Of a stretch of 64,000 bases of DNA, positions 18,817 to 29,763 are shown piece by piece. How positions within the stretch are numbered: position 1 is the first letter of the stretch; the number at the start of each line of letters is the position of its first letter. The stretch covers positions 896,001 through 960,000 of the forward strand of contig OZ245777.1 of assembly GCA_965227775.1 (NCBI GenBank), written 5' to 3'. The position numbers and the translations under genes are program-made. The notes under the pieces are model-generated. The model had not been told where the DNA came from and did no database searches. It saw only the letters and a list, made by a program, of their open reading frames with translations. Origin of the DNA: Phycisphaerales bacterium. GTDB lineage: Bacteria > Planctomycetota > Phycisphaerae > Phycisphaerales > UBA1924.

Positions 18817-19740
18817 TTAGGCGGCGCGGCGACGCACGCTCGAGCGACGCGAGGCGAGCGTGAAGCTCCGCGTGGTCGAGGTGGCGCGACGGGCCGGGCT
18901 CTTGCGAGCGCTGGGCTTGCGGGCCGTCGTCTTGCGAGCGGTGCTGCGGGCCTTGGTCGTGGTCCGCTTGGCCGTCGAACGCTTGGCGGCCGGCTTGGTG
19001 GTCCGGGCCTTCGTGTTCCGGGCCTTCGTGTTCCGGGCCTTGGTCGTGCGGGCCTTGCTGGTACGCGCCTTCGTGGTGCGGCTGGCGGTCTTGCGAGCCG
19101 ACGTGCGCGGCGTGCTCTTGCGAGCGGTACGACGCTTGGCGGTCGTGCTGGCCTTGCGAGCCGTGGTGCGCTTGGCGGTGGTGCGGGTAGAGGCCTTGCG
19201 GGCCGGGCTCTTGCGAGCGCTGGGCTTGCGGGCGGTCGTCTTCCGCGAGGTGGTCCGCTTGGCGGCGGTGCCGGTCTTGCGAGCGGTCGTGCGCTTGGCG
19301 GTACCGGTCTTGCGAGCGGTGGTGCGCTTGGCAGTGCCGGTCTTGCGAGCGGTCGTGCGCTTGGCGGTACCGGTCTTGCGAGCGGTGGTGCGCTTGGCAG
19401 TGCTGGCCTTGCGGGCCGTGGTGCGCTTGGCGGTACCGGTCTTGCGAGCGGTGGTGCGCTTGGCAGTGCTGGCCTTGCGGGCCGTGGTGCGCTTGGCGGC
19501 AGGCTTGGCCGTCTTGCGGGTCGGGCTCTTCCGAGCGGTGGTCCGCTTGGCGGTCGAGCTCGAGGTGCGGGAGGTCTTCCGGGCGGTGCTCTTGCGGGCG
19601 CCGGTCCGGCTGGTGGTGCGCTTGGCGGCGGTCTTGCTGCCGGTGGCGCGGGTGCGGCGCGACGGGGCCGTCCTGGCCGCGTGCGTGCGGCTGGCGGTTT
19701 TGCCGGTCGTGCGGCGGCGAGTCGAAGATGTCCTCTTCAT
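18817..19740 (-). CDS. Histone H1/protamine-like highly basic repeat protein
   Basis: 307 aa, almost only K/R/T/A/S with no D or E; GGAGA SD and a downstream terminator. Confidence 0.8.
   Translation of the reverse strand: MKRTSSTRRRTTGKTASRTHAARTAPSRRTRATGSKTAAKRTTSRTGARKSTARKTSRTSSSTAKRTTARKSPTRKTAKPAAKRTTARKASTAKRTTARKTGTAKRTTARKASTAKRTTARKTGTAKRTTARKTGTAKRTTARKTGTAKRTTARKTGTAAKRTTSRKTTARKPSARKSPARKASTRTTAKRTTARKASTTAKRRTARKSTPRTSARKTASRTTKARTSKARTTKARNTKARNTKARTTKPAAKRSTAKRTTTKARSTARKTTARKPSARKSPARRATSTTRSFTLASRRSSVRRRAA
19270..19500 (-). repeat. 33-bp coding tandem repeat, 7 copies
   Basis: Encodes (T/A)AKRTTARK(AS/TG) seven times. Confidence 0.85.
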
Positions 19741-19975
19741 AACGTGAATCTCCAGCGGGCCGCCTTCAGGTTGATCCCGGGAGGACCGATGTGGTCCTGC
19801 ACAGCCGGGCGATATGGTTCGTGCGGCCTGTTCCAGTTCGTCCGGCCGCCGTCAGTGGCGGATAACCCCGAACGCTGGGTCCATCGACGCAACATCACAC
19901 GCCCATGAGCGAATCCGACGAAAAAAGATAAAACCGACCTCCGACGCGCAAAACCCGCGCATAAGAAAGCCAGCC

Positions 19976-21394
<1,419 letters not shown>

Positions 21395-21397
21395 GAA

Positions 21398-21703
21398 ATG
21401 CCCACGTATGACTACGAGATCTTGGACAAGAAGGGCGAGCCCACGGGCGAGACCTTCGAGTACGTCCAGCGCATGGCCGACGAGCCGCTGACCAAGCATC
21501 CCGAGACCGGCCAGCCCTGCCGCCGCGCGATCAGCGCGCCCGCCATCGCCGGCAAGTGGAGCGACCTCAACAAGACCCAGATGAGCAACAAACGTCTCGG
21601 CGAACTCGGCTTCACCAAGTTCGAGAAGAAGGGCGACGGCTACTACGAGCGTACGGCCGGCAACGAAGGGCCCAAGACGATCAACGCCGACGACTATCTC
21701 TAG
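21398..21703 (+). CDS. FmdB family protein (variant without CxxC pairs)
   Basis: MPTYDY...FEYVQRMADEPLTKHP..G.PCRRAIS. Confidence 0.8.
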   Translation: MPTYDYEILDKKGEPTGETFEYVQRMADEPLTKHPETGQPCRRAISAPAIAGKWSDLNKTQMSNKRLGELGFTKFEKKGDGYYERTAGNEGPKTINADDYL

Positions 21704-22437
21704 CGGACCAGCCCATCGAGCCCACCGAGCCCCACCGGCTCCTTCGTAAAGAACCCCTCTCCCGCCTCAACACCGATCCGACTGCCGAGATACGTCGCGC
21801 TCGCCTCGACCCAGTCGACGACCCTGCGGTTCTTCTCGGGCAGCACGAACTGCGTGTGGTACGCGCGGATTGATTCGATCTTGCGCTCAACGTAGCCGGT
21901 GACGTCCAGTACGAAGCTCGGGTTGGCCACCCAGCGCAGGTGCGTGGCGTAGTAATAGAACAGCCACTTGGGGTAGATCGGCTCGCCCGCTGCCATCGCC
22001 TCGGGCACCGGCATATCGATGCCGGTCAGCTTCGCATCGAACCGCGCGTCCTCGACGATCCGCGTCACCGCGCGATGGTCCGGGTGCGCATCCTCGAAGA
22101 AGGGGGTGAACACGATGCTCGCCTGGTGCGCGCGGATCACGCCGGCGATGGCGTGCCGGTTCTCGATCGTGTGCTCGACGAAGCGGTTGGGCAGCCCCAG
22201 CAACACACGCCGCACGGGCTTGGCGTCTGGAAGCTTTGCCGGATCGGGCGACAGGATCTCCGCCGCCTTCTTCGCCTCCTCGGCCCGCGTCACCGGATCG
22301 CCATAGGGCGTGGGCTCGCCGTTGGTGACATCGAGCAGCAGCACGTCGTGCCCCTGCTCGGCCAGCTTGGCGATAGCGCCGCCCATGCCGAGCTCTTGAT
22401 CATCAGGATGCGGTCCGACGACGAGGATGTTGGCCAT
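21700..22437 (-). CDS. bshB1: PIG-L family N-deacetylase, BshB1-like
   Basis: GPHPDDQELGMGG, TNGE, R..EA..AA.IL, DAHPDH, K..SI.AY.TQF, EGF. Confidence 0.8.
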   Translation of the reverse strand: MANILVVGPHPDDQELGMGGAIAKLAEQGHDVLLLDVTNGEPTPYGDPVTRAEEAKKAAEILSPDPAKLPDAKPVRRVLLGLPNRFVEHTIENRHAIAGVIRAHQASIVFTPFFEDAHPDHRAVTRIVEDARFDAKLTGIDMPVPEAMAAGEPIYPKWLFYYYATHLRWVANPSFVLDVTGYVERKIESIRAYHTQFVLPEKNRRVVDWVEASATYLGSRIGVEAGEGFFTKEPVGLGGLDGLVR

Positions 22438-22466
22438 GGGCGGAGGGTACGGCCCGGAATCTCTCG

Positions 22467-22895
22467 CTACCGCCGCTGCCCCACCGCGACCAGCCCGTAC
22501 TTCACCGGCGGCTCGCCCTCGACTTCTTCGACCGCCAGTTCGACCAGCGCGAGCAGCTCCGGTCGCTCGGCCGCGAAGAAGCCGCCCGCGCCAAAGCGCC
22601 GGCCCTGCTCGTCGACGAACCGTGCGAGCGGGAGCTCCAGCGTCTGGCCGATGGCCAGACCGTCGATCTCGTAGCCGTACCGCCCGTTGAGCCAGAGCAT
22701 GCCCTGGCCGAAGCTGCGGCCGGTGGTGTTGGTCAGTCGCAGTCGTGTGCCGGCACGGAAGGCGTGGATGTCGAGCGTCTCGACGCGGTCGCTGGCCTGC
22801 GGATAGACCGGCCCGCTGTCGAGCTCGCCCGTCGACGCGCAGCCTGTCAGGCCGCATGCAACGCCCAGGATCACGATGGCAACGCTCCGCCGCAT
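22467..22895 (-). CDS. Putative lipoprotein
   Basis: Lipobox LTGC after a hydrophobic stretch. Confidence 0.7.
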   Translation of the reverse strand: MRRSVAIVILGVACGLTGCASTGELDSGPVYPQASDRVETLDIHAFRAGTRLRLTNTTGRSFGQGMLWLNGRYGYEIDGLAIGQTLELPLARFVDEQGRRFGAGGFFAAERPELLALVELAVEEVEGEPPVKYGLVAVGQRR

Positions 22896-22945
22896 CGCCA
22901 ATGGTGCCCCGGCCATGCCGCCGCGTCCACTACCATTGTCGACCC

Positions 22946-24166
22946 ATGTCGTGCGAGACCGCTTCACGCAACGCCACCGCACCCACGCCGGGCATCGCCC
23001 CCGGCGGCGAGGGGCTCGATGCGCGCGCCATCGCCCGCGAGATCGGCCGCTCAGGCGTGCACCCGCACCTGCCCGCAACAGTTCCCGGCATGGACGCCCC
23101 TTTCTACCAGGCCGGGCTGGCGGGCTACTCCGACGCGGCGATGCGGATCATCGCCCGCCGCCACGGTTGCCCGCTGTGCGTCACCGAGGCCCTGCTCGAC
23201 CGCACCCTGTTGGCGGGTGGCCGCGGCTTTGCGAAGGCCGACCTGGGCGAGCTGCACGACAACGTGCCCGGCGGCGAGGACGATCACCCCCTCGTCGGCC
23301 AGATCATGGGCAGCGACCCCGGCGAGATGGCCGCCGCGGCGATCAAGATGGTCGAGCAAGGCAGCCGGCGACCCAAGGAGTATCGCAAGCTTGCCGAGGG
23401 CGGCGAGCTATCCATCGAGCACGTCAGCGAGTCTTCCTTCCAGGCCATCGACATCAACCTCGCCTGCCCCGTCAAGAAGATCGCGCGCAAGGCGCGCGGC
23501 GGGCACTGGCTCGCCGAGCCCGATGGCGCGATCGACATCTTGAAGGCGGTGCGCGATGCACTGCCCGAATCGCTACCCATGACGCTCAAGATCCGCCGCA
23601 GCTTCGACGACACGCCCGAGATGGCGCGCAACTTCATGCGCATCTTCGACGCCGCGTACGACCTGGGCTACGCCTGGGCCACCGTGCACGCGCGCACCGT
23701 GCAGCAGAAGTACGTCGGGCCCAGCCGGTGGGACCTCCTACGCGACATCGTGCAGCAGCGCCCCGGCAGCGTGGTCTTCGGCTCGGGTGACATCTGGAAC
23801 GTGGAAGACATCTTCCGCATGATCGGCTACACCGGTGTCGCTGGCGTCAGCATCGCCCGCGGCTGCATCGGTAACCCCTGGATCTTTCGGCAGGCCCGAG
23901 ACCTGATGGCCGGCGACGAACCACGCTCCCCCACCATCGCCGAGCAGCGGCAGGTGCTCGAGGACCACTTCGAGCTCGCCCTGCGCGTCAATGCCCACGT
24001 GCGCGACCCCGAGTACCACACCGGCAAGACCATGCGCAAGTTCGCCATCCGCTTTGCGCACCACCACCCGGCGGGAGACGAGGTGCGCAAGCGGTTCATT
24101 GGGGTGAAGGGGTTGGAGGATTGGCGGGGGGTGCTTGGGGAGTGGTATTTGGAGGATACACACTAG
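22946..24166 (+). CDS. dus: tRNA-dihydrouridine synthase (DusB-like)
   Basis: AGLAGYSD, IDINLACPVKK, LKIR, TVHART, GSGDI, ARG.IGNPWIF. Confidence 0.9.
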   Translation: MSCETASRNATAPTPGIAPGGEGLDARAIAREIGRSGVHPHLPATVPGMDAPFYQAGLAGYSDAAMRIIARRHGCPLCVTEALLDRTLLAGGRGFAKADLGELHDNVPGGEDDHPLVGQIMGSDPGEMAAAAIKMVEQGSRRPKEYRKLAEGGELSIEHVSESSFQAIDINLACPVKKIARKARGGHWLAEPDGAIDILKAVRDALPESLPMTLKIRRSFDDTPEMARNFMRIFDAAYDLGYAWATVHARTVQQKYVGPSRWDLLRDIVQQRPGSVVFGSGDIWNVEDIFRMIGYTGVAGVSIARGCIGNPWIFRQARDLMAGDEPRSPTIAEQRQVLEDHFELALRVNAHVRDPEYHTGKTMRKFAIRFAHHHPAGDEVRKRFIGVKGLEDWRGVLGEWYLEDTH

Positions 24167-24177
24167 CGAAGCAGAGA

Positions 24178-24399
24178 CTACCGACTACGGCGCTCTATTG
24201 CTGCGTCTGCTGCGTCCCAAATCAGGATCGTTGCTACGAGATAGACGATCGACAGGATGATCCCGATGGGCCAAGCAAGCCATTGGAATCCAGGAGAAAG
24301 CAGTCCTGTCAGAAAACCCGCAGCCACTCCCCCGACAAGTCCTGCGCAAACGCAAAAGAAAAGAAGCTCCCAGCCTTTGCCAGTCTTCTTATCTCCCAC
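24178..24399 (-). CDS. Small two-TM hypothetical protein in a lower-GC patch
   Basis: Two hydrophobic helices; follows the HD gene by 13 bp. Confidence 0.5.
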   Translation of the reverse strand: MGDKKTGKGWELLFFCVCAGLVGGVAAGFLTGLLSPGFQWLAWPIGIILSIVYLVATILIWDAADAAIERRSR

Positions 24400-24412
24400 G
24401 GGATTGTCTCAC

Positions 24413-26797
24413 TTAAGCCCGCTTCTCCCCACCCCCCGGATACGCGATCCGACCGTGGTAGATGCTCGCCACCGTCTTGCTGATCGAATCCCCCACCGCG
24501 TCCAGTTCCTTCAACGTCAAGTCGCAGTCGTCGAACTGCCCATCGGTCAATCGCTTCTGGGCGAGGCGGCGCACGAGCTGGTCGATGCGGCTCGGGGTCG
24601 GGTCGGCCATCGTGCGCGTGGCGCTCTCGACGGCGTCGGCCAGCATGAGGATGGCGCACTCCTTCGTGCGCGGCTTCGGGCCGGGGTAGCGATACTCCAT
24701 CTCGCTGGGCTCGCTCACCAGGTCGCCCTCGCGGGCCTCGCGCTTGCTGACGGTTCCCGGTTCGGCCGACGCGCCCTGGGTAACCGCCCGGCTCTCTCGC
24801 GCGGCCTCGGCCTCGTCGGCGGCCTTCTGCTTAGCGCGGTGGTAGAAGTACTCCACCAGCGTTGTGCCGTGGTGCGCCTCGATGTAGTGGTGCAGCGTGC
24901 GCGGCAGGCCGAACTCGCGGGCAAGCTCCACGCCGTCCTTCACGTGGCCCACGATGACCAGCAAGCTCATGGCCGGGCTCAGCTTGTCGTGCTTGTTGGG
25001 TCCGCCGGCCTGGTTCTCCACGAAGTACTCGGGCTTGTTCATCTTTCCCACGTCGTGGTAGAGCGCGCCCACGTACGTCTGCAGCGCATCGGCGCCGATG
25101 GCGTCTGCCGCGGCCTCGGCAATCGATGCGACGTTCATCGAGTGGTTGTACGTGCCCGGCGCGCGGCGTTGCAGCTCCTTTAGCAGCGGGTGCTTGGGAT
25201 CGCGCAGCTCGATGAGCTTCATGCCCGTCGTGATATCGAACGCCTTCTCCACGCTCGGCAGGATGAACAGCACGATGCCCGCCGTCGCCAGCCCGCCACT
25301 GGCGGCAAAGCCCATGTCCCACGAGAGCTCAAGCAAGCCGCGGCCCGAGAGCGGACGCCCCAGCAGCCCGCCGCCCAGCGCCGCCGCCGCGAGTGCCAGC
25401 GCCGTCGCCACGCCCGCTCGCACGAAGGCTCGACGATCGCGGATCTCGCTGAGCTGCCACGCCGCCGTCGCCGCACCAGCCAGGGGGATGAGTGCGAACC
25501 ACGAAGGCCGGCTCAACGCCACCGTCACGAGCACGGCGTGTCCGGCCGAGATCGCCAGCGCCACGCGCGCGTCGTACGCGATCGCAAGCAGCATCGAGAG
25601 CAGTAGCGTGGGCGCGACGGCCAGCAGCATCGTCAGCCGCGGCTCCAGCGCCGTCGACCACACCGCGATCGCAAAGCAGCACACGAAGAGGCCCGCGATG
25701 CCCAGCATGCGCTCGGGGTTGCGCGTCACGCGCGGGCAGTACCACGCGAGGTACACCGTCAGCCCGAGCACGATCAGCACGCACACCGCGGCCGAGCCCG
25801 CCAGCCGCGAGCCCAGCGAGAAGACGCCGCGCGTGCTCGAGACCGCGTCGCGCTCGCTCCGCAGCAGGCCGATGGTCTCGAGCCCGACCGATTCACCGCG
25901 TCGCACGATGATCTGGCCGGCCTGCACCTCGACGAACGCCTCGTCGACGCCCTCGACCGCTTCGGTCTGACGCGCCGCCGACTGCGCCTCGTCCATGCGA
26001 TACGTCGGTTCTGTCTGGTTCGCGAGCCGGCCGACCACGAGCGACCGCAGCGCGGCCTCGCTGAGCTGAGCCTCGGTCGCCAGCCTTTCGGCGGCTTCGC
26101 GCCGCGCCTCGGGGCTGCCGCTGTTGACCAGATTGGCCGCGGTCGTATGGATCGTCGAGCCCTGCTCGCCGCGGAGCCAGATGACCGCGGTCTCGCCCGC
26201 CTCGCTGCCGCCCAGCTGGGCGCTGCGCTGGCGTTCGGTCTGCCACGTTGCGGACTCGACGAACGGCCGCCGCTCGATGGCCGTCCGCAGGCGCGCCATC
26301 GCCTCGCCCCATCGCGGCGCGACGGCATCCTCGGTCACGAGCGCACGCATGGCGGCCAATTCTTCCGCGTCGAGATCAAACCGCGATCGGATCTCCGGCG
26401 CCACGTCGTCGAGCGTGAGCGCGTCCTTCAGCGTCAACGGAAGTTGCGCGAGCGCCTCGACGGTGCTGCGTAGCTCGGGCCTAGGAACGAAGATCCTGGC
26501 AGCCCGATCGCGCGCAAGCGTGCGCTGCTCGTCGGTGCGCGCTGGATCGGGCATGCTGAATGCCTCGCGCGCTACCACCGTCTCGTCGGCCAGGCGGCCC
26601 ATCGGCATCAGCGGCTGGCCGCTGGACCACCACGTGAGCACCGTCAGCATCGCGGCCGAGGCCGAGGCGATGATGACCGCGTACCCCGTGCGCGGGTTCG
26701 TCAGCAGCCGCTTGAATCTCTCGGCCGGCGTCGCACGCTCACGCCGCAGCGTCACGCGGCGACCGGAGCTCTTGGACTTTTGCCAAGGCCAACGCAT
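24413..26797 (-). CDS. 7TM-HDIG phosphohydrolase (PgpH-like, putative c-di-AMP phosphodiesterase)
   Basis: Extracellular domain, 7 TM segments, APGTYNHS, YHDVGK, YFVENQ, HHGTT, YPGPKP, LADAVE, RIAYP. Confidence 0.9.
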   Translation of the reverse strand: MRWPWQKSKSSGRRVTLRRERATPAERFKRLLTNPRTGYAVIIASASAAMLTVLTWWSSGQPLMPMGRLADETVVAREAFSMPDPARTDEQRTLARDRAARIFVPRPELRSTVEALAQLPLTLKDALTLDDVAPEIRSRFDLDAEELAAMRALVTEDAVAPRWGEAMARLRTAIERRPFVESATWQTERQRSAQLGGSEAGETAVIWLRGEQGSTIHTTAANLVNSGSPEARREAAERLATEAQLSEAALRSLVVGRLANQTEPTYRMDEAQSAARQTEAVEGVDEAFVEVQAGQIIVRRGESVGLETIGLLRSERDAVSSTRGVFSLGSRLAGSAAVCVLIVLGLTVYLAWYCPRVTRNPERMLGIAGLFVCCFAIAVWSTALEPRLTMLLAVAPTLLLSMLLAIAYDARVALAISAGHAVLVTVALSRPSWFALIPLAGAATAAWQLSEIRDRRAFVRAGVATALALAAAALGGGLLGRPLSGRGLLELSWDMGFAASGGLATAGIVLFILPSVEKAFDITTGMKLIELRDPKHPLLKELQRRAPGTYNHSMNVASIAEAAADAIGADALQTYVGALYHDVGKMNKPEYFVENQAGGPNKHDKLSPAMSLLVIVGHVKDGVELAREFGLPRTLHHYIEAHHGTTLVEYFYHRAKQKAADEAEAARESRAVTQGASAEPGTVSKREAREGDLVSEPSEMEYRYPGPKPRTKECAILMLADAVESATRTMADPTPSRIDQLVRRLAQKRLTDGQFDDCDLTLKELDAVGDSISKTVASIYHGRIAYPGGGEKRA

Positions 26798-27945
26798 CAG
26801 GCGTCTCCTTCCGATGCCACGGGTTCGGTCGCTTCGTCGTACCCTGGCGTGCTCTTGCGAGCTTCATCGCCGCCGTACGCGTCAATGACCCTCTGAACGA
26901 GCGCGTGCCGCACGACGTCCTCACGCGTGAGGGTGGCAAACGCCACGCCGCGCACGCGTCGGAGTCGTCGGGCCGCATCGATGAGCCCGCTGCCCGCCGG
27001 CTCGTCGATGTCGACTTGCGTTGGGTCGCCCGTTACGATCATGCGCGAGCCCTCGCCCATGCGCGTCAGGAACATCTGCATCTGCCCGATGGTGCTGTTC
27101 TGCGCCTCATCGAGCAGGATGGCGGCCTGATTGAGCGTGCGTCCACGCATGAACGCCAGCGGCGCGATCTCGATCACCCCGCTCTCCATGAAGCGCTCCA
27201 TCGTGCCCACGTCCATCATGTCGTACAGCGCGTCGAGCAACGGGCGCAGGTACGGGTGCACCTTTGCCTGCATGTCGCCGGGCAGGAAGCCCAGACGCTC
27301 GCCTGCCTCAACGGCCGGTCGCACGAGCACGAGCTTGCGCACGCGATCGGTCCGCAGCAGGTGTACGGCCGCCGCCACGGCCAGATACGTCTTGCCCGTG
27401 CCCGCCGGCCCCATGCCGAAGACGAGCTCGTGCGTGCGGATAGCCTCGAGGTAGTGCGCCTGACCGGGCGTGCGCGCACGGATCTGCCGCCCGCCGCTGT
27501 ACACAGCCAGCGGGCCCTCCCACGCCTCGCCCTCACGCGGCGGCACCCGTGTCGGGTTGCGCCCTGCCTGCCGGCCGAGCGCCTCGACGCCCGGCGTGGT
27601 CGAGACGTCTGGGTAGGTCGAGTCGCCCGCCGACATCAGCCCGCCCGATGCCGCCTCGGCCAGCATCTGCAGCACGTCGGCCGTCGACGCCCGCCCGCCG
27701 CGACGCAGCACCGCGCGGAGGAACCGTTCGGCCGCTCGCACGCCCTCTTCTTGCCCGCTGATGCGCACGATGCCGCCACGGGGCGTCACGGAGACGCCCA
27801 GCCCCTCGCGGAGCAGGCGTACGTTTCGGTCATGAACCCCGAGCACCCGAACCGGATCGGGGCCGATGGGAAACTCGATGGTCAGTTCCAAACGCCGGCC
27901 TCCGGGCCCGGTGCCACCACGGACCCTCATGGTCAGTTTCGTCAC
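26797..27945 (-). CDS. phoH: PhoH family ATPase
   Basis: GPAGTGKTYLA, RPAVEAGERLGFLPGD, MRGRTL, DEAQN, TGD..Q.D, DVVRH. Confidence 0.95.
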   Translation of the reverse strand: MTKLTMRVRGGTGPGGRRLELTIEFPIGPDPVRVLGVHDRNVRLLREGLGVSVTPRGGIVRISGQEEGVRAAERFLRAVLRRGGRASTADVLQMLAEAASGGLMSAGDSTYPDVSTTPGVEALGRQAGRNPTRVPPREGEAWEGPLAVYSGGRQIRARTPGQAHYLEAIRTHELVFGMGPAGTGKTYLAVAAAVHLLRTDRVRKLVLVRPAVEAGERLGFLPGDMQAKVHPYLRPLLDALYDMMDVGTMERFMESGVIEIAPLAFMRGRTLNQAAILLDEAQNSTIGQMQMFLTRMGEGSRMIVTGDPTQVDIDEPAGSGLIDAARRLRRVRGVAFATLTREDVVRHALVQRVIDAYGGDEARKSTPGYDEATEPVASEGDA

Positions 27946-27987
27946 GAGGCCAATCGTACCTGAGCCCCAATCGCCGGGCGGAGCGAA

Positions 27988-28386
27988 ATGCGAACAATCT
28001 CCTACCTTCTTGCGTCGGCTCTGCTGCTGACCGCCGCCGGCTGCGGCGTTGGCCCCGACCGGAACCTGGAGCCGACCGACGGCCCGAGTGTTCTCGGACC
28101 CGTGCCCGGCGATCGCGACGACGTTCCGCGGGCGCTGCTCGTCGGTCTCGAGGCGGCCCAGGGCGCCCTGCTGGCCGGCGCGTGGGACGGCGACACCTAT
28201 GGAGCGTCCTTCATCATCGTCGAGAGCCTGGAGGGGAACGTCTCGGCCATCGACAACCGCGACGGCACGATCACCCTCCGCGCGTTCGTCGAGCCCGAGG
28301 GCGATCGCTCGACCCAGCAGGTCCTGCTCGATGCCTGGGCCAATCGCCTGCGTCAGCTCAACGGTGTGGATTGGGCGCCAAGGTAG
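27988..28386 (+). CDS. Putative lipoprotein
   Basis: MRTISYLLASALLLTAAGC lipobox; GGAG SD. Confidence 0.75.
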   Translation: MRTISYLLASALLLTAAGCGVGPDRNLEPTDGPSVLGPVPGDRDDVPRALLVGLEAAQGALLAGAWDGDTYGASFIIVESLEGNVSAIDNRDGTITLRAFVEPEGDRSTQQVLLDAWANRLRQLNGVDWAPR

Positions 28387-28389
28387 CCG

Positions 28390-29763
28390 CTACGCCGCGT
28401 CGTCCGAGCGACCGCGCTCGGGCTCGGGCGGCACAGCGCCAGTGAGCTCGACGGTCATCGTCGTCCCCCGCTGCCACACGCTCTTCACGCGGATGGTGCC
28501 GCCCAGCGTGCGCACGGCGTGCTTCACGATCGCTAGGCCGAGCCCCGTGCCGCGCGCGATCTTGCTGCCATCGCGCGACGCGTCGACCTGGTAGAACCTC
28601 TCAAAGATGCGCTGCTGCATTGGCAGCGGAATGCCCACGCCGTGGTCGATGACCTCGAACACGCAACTGCGCGGCCCGTCTGCCTCGCTCACCTCGCCGC
28701 TCTCTTCGATGCTGCCCGACACGAGCACCTCGTCGCCCTCCTTGCTGAACTTGATCGCGTTCTCGATCAGGTTCCGAAGGATGATCGTGAGCAGGTTGCG
28801 ATCGGTGCGGAGATTCTCGAGCGCTGGGTCGAATTCGAACCGCAGCGTTACGTTGCCGCGCTCGCACATGGGCTCGAAGCTCTCGCTCAGCACACGCACC
28901 AGTTCGCTTGCGGGAACCAGCGACAGCCGCACCGATCCCTCGAGCGCTTCAAGCCTCGACAGGTCGAGCAGGTCGCGGATGAGGTCTTCGAGGCGGAGCA
29001 CGTTCTCGTCGAGCATCGACAGCAGCCGCGTGCGCATGACCGCGTCCTCGCTTGCGGGGCCCTGCAGCGTATCGACGGCGCCGCGCAGTGCTGCGATGGG
29101 CGTGCGCAGCTCGTGCGACGCGTTGGCCGCGAAGTCGGTGCGGATCTCGAGCGCTCGCGACAGCTCGCTCACGTCGCGCAACACCAGCACGACGCCGCGT
29201 CCGGGTGCGCCACCCACCGGCGGGATCGGCATCGCCGACATGTCGGCCACGCGTGAGCCCTGCTCACCCGCGAAGGTCACGCGCCGGCGGTTCGCTTCAC
29301 CGCGTGATGCGCGCGCGTGCATCGAGAGCGCCTCCGCGTTTGTGAACACCTCGTCGATTGGCCGTGCAAGGAGATCGTCGCGCGACATCTCCAGCCACTG
29401 TGCGCCCGCATCGTTGACCTGCACCACCGTCTGACGCCCGTCGCACACGAGCACCGGCTCGTCGAGCGATTCGAGCACCGTGGCGAGCTCCTCGTACGCC
29501 GAGCGGAACGATGCCGTCGTTTCTTCGGCGCGCCTGGCCCTTCGTTCTGCGACGACGATCGCGCCCATGCGTGCGACGGTTGCTCGCCACACGCACCCCG
29601 CCGCCAGCACGATGAAGATCGCCGAAATCCATCCGGGCGCACCCAGAATCGCCAGCACACCCGCGACGCCCGCCGCCACGCTCGCGCACACGAACCAGCG
29701 TTGGCCTCGCGCAATCGCCACGGCTGCTTCCGTTTCGGCGGTCTTAGGCGGGGGCGAGCTCAT
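28390..29763 (-). CDS. phoR: PhoR-like PAS sensor histidine kinase
   Basis: 2 TM segments, PAS, DFAANASHELRTP, NLIENAIKF, RIFERFYQVD.SR, GTGLGLAIVKH. Confidence 0.85.
   Translation of the reverse strand: MSSPPPKTAETEAAVAIARGQRWFVCASVAAGVAGVLAILGAPGWISAIFIVLAAGCVWRATVARMGAIVVAERRARRAEETTASFRSAYEELATVLESLDEPVLVCDGRQTVVQVNDAGAQWLEMSRDDLLARPIDEVFTNAEALSMHARASRGEANRRRVTFAGEQGSRVADMSAMPIPPVGGAPGRGVVLVLRDVSELSRALEIRTDFAANASHELRTPIAALRGAVDTLQGPASEDAVMRTRLLSMLDENVLRLEDLIRDLLDLSRLEALEGSVRLSLVPASELVRVLSESFEPMCERGNVTLRFEFDPALENLRTDRNLLTIILRNLIENAIKFSKEGDEVLVSGSIEESGEVSEADGPRSCVFEVIDHGVGIPLPMQQRIFERFYQVDASRDGSKIARGTGLGLAIVKHAVRTLGGTIRVKSVWQRGTTMTVELTGAVPPEPERGRSDDAA

Noticed and set aside
19270..19500. 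33-bp repeats as a possible CRISPR array
   Set aside because: Units are contiguous with no unique spacers, vary mainly in codon-consistent ways, and no cas genes are present.
18860..19747. Plus-strand ORF of (AVVRLAVPVLR)n repeats, and the Gly-rich frame 18634-19908
   Set aside because: Mirror frames of the basic repeat gene; the SD and terminator support the minus strand.
24120..24410. Lower-GC patch as a mobile element remnant
   Set aside because: No transposase, terminal repeats or target duplication visible; only a small membrane ORF.
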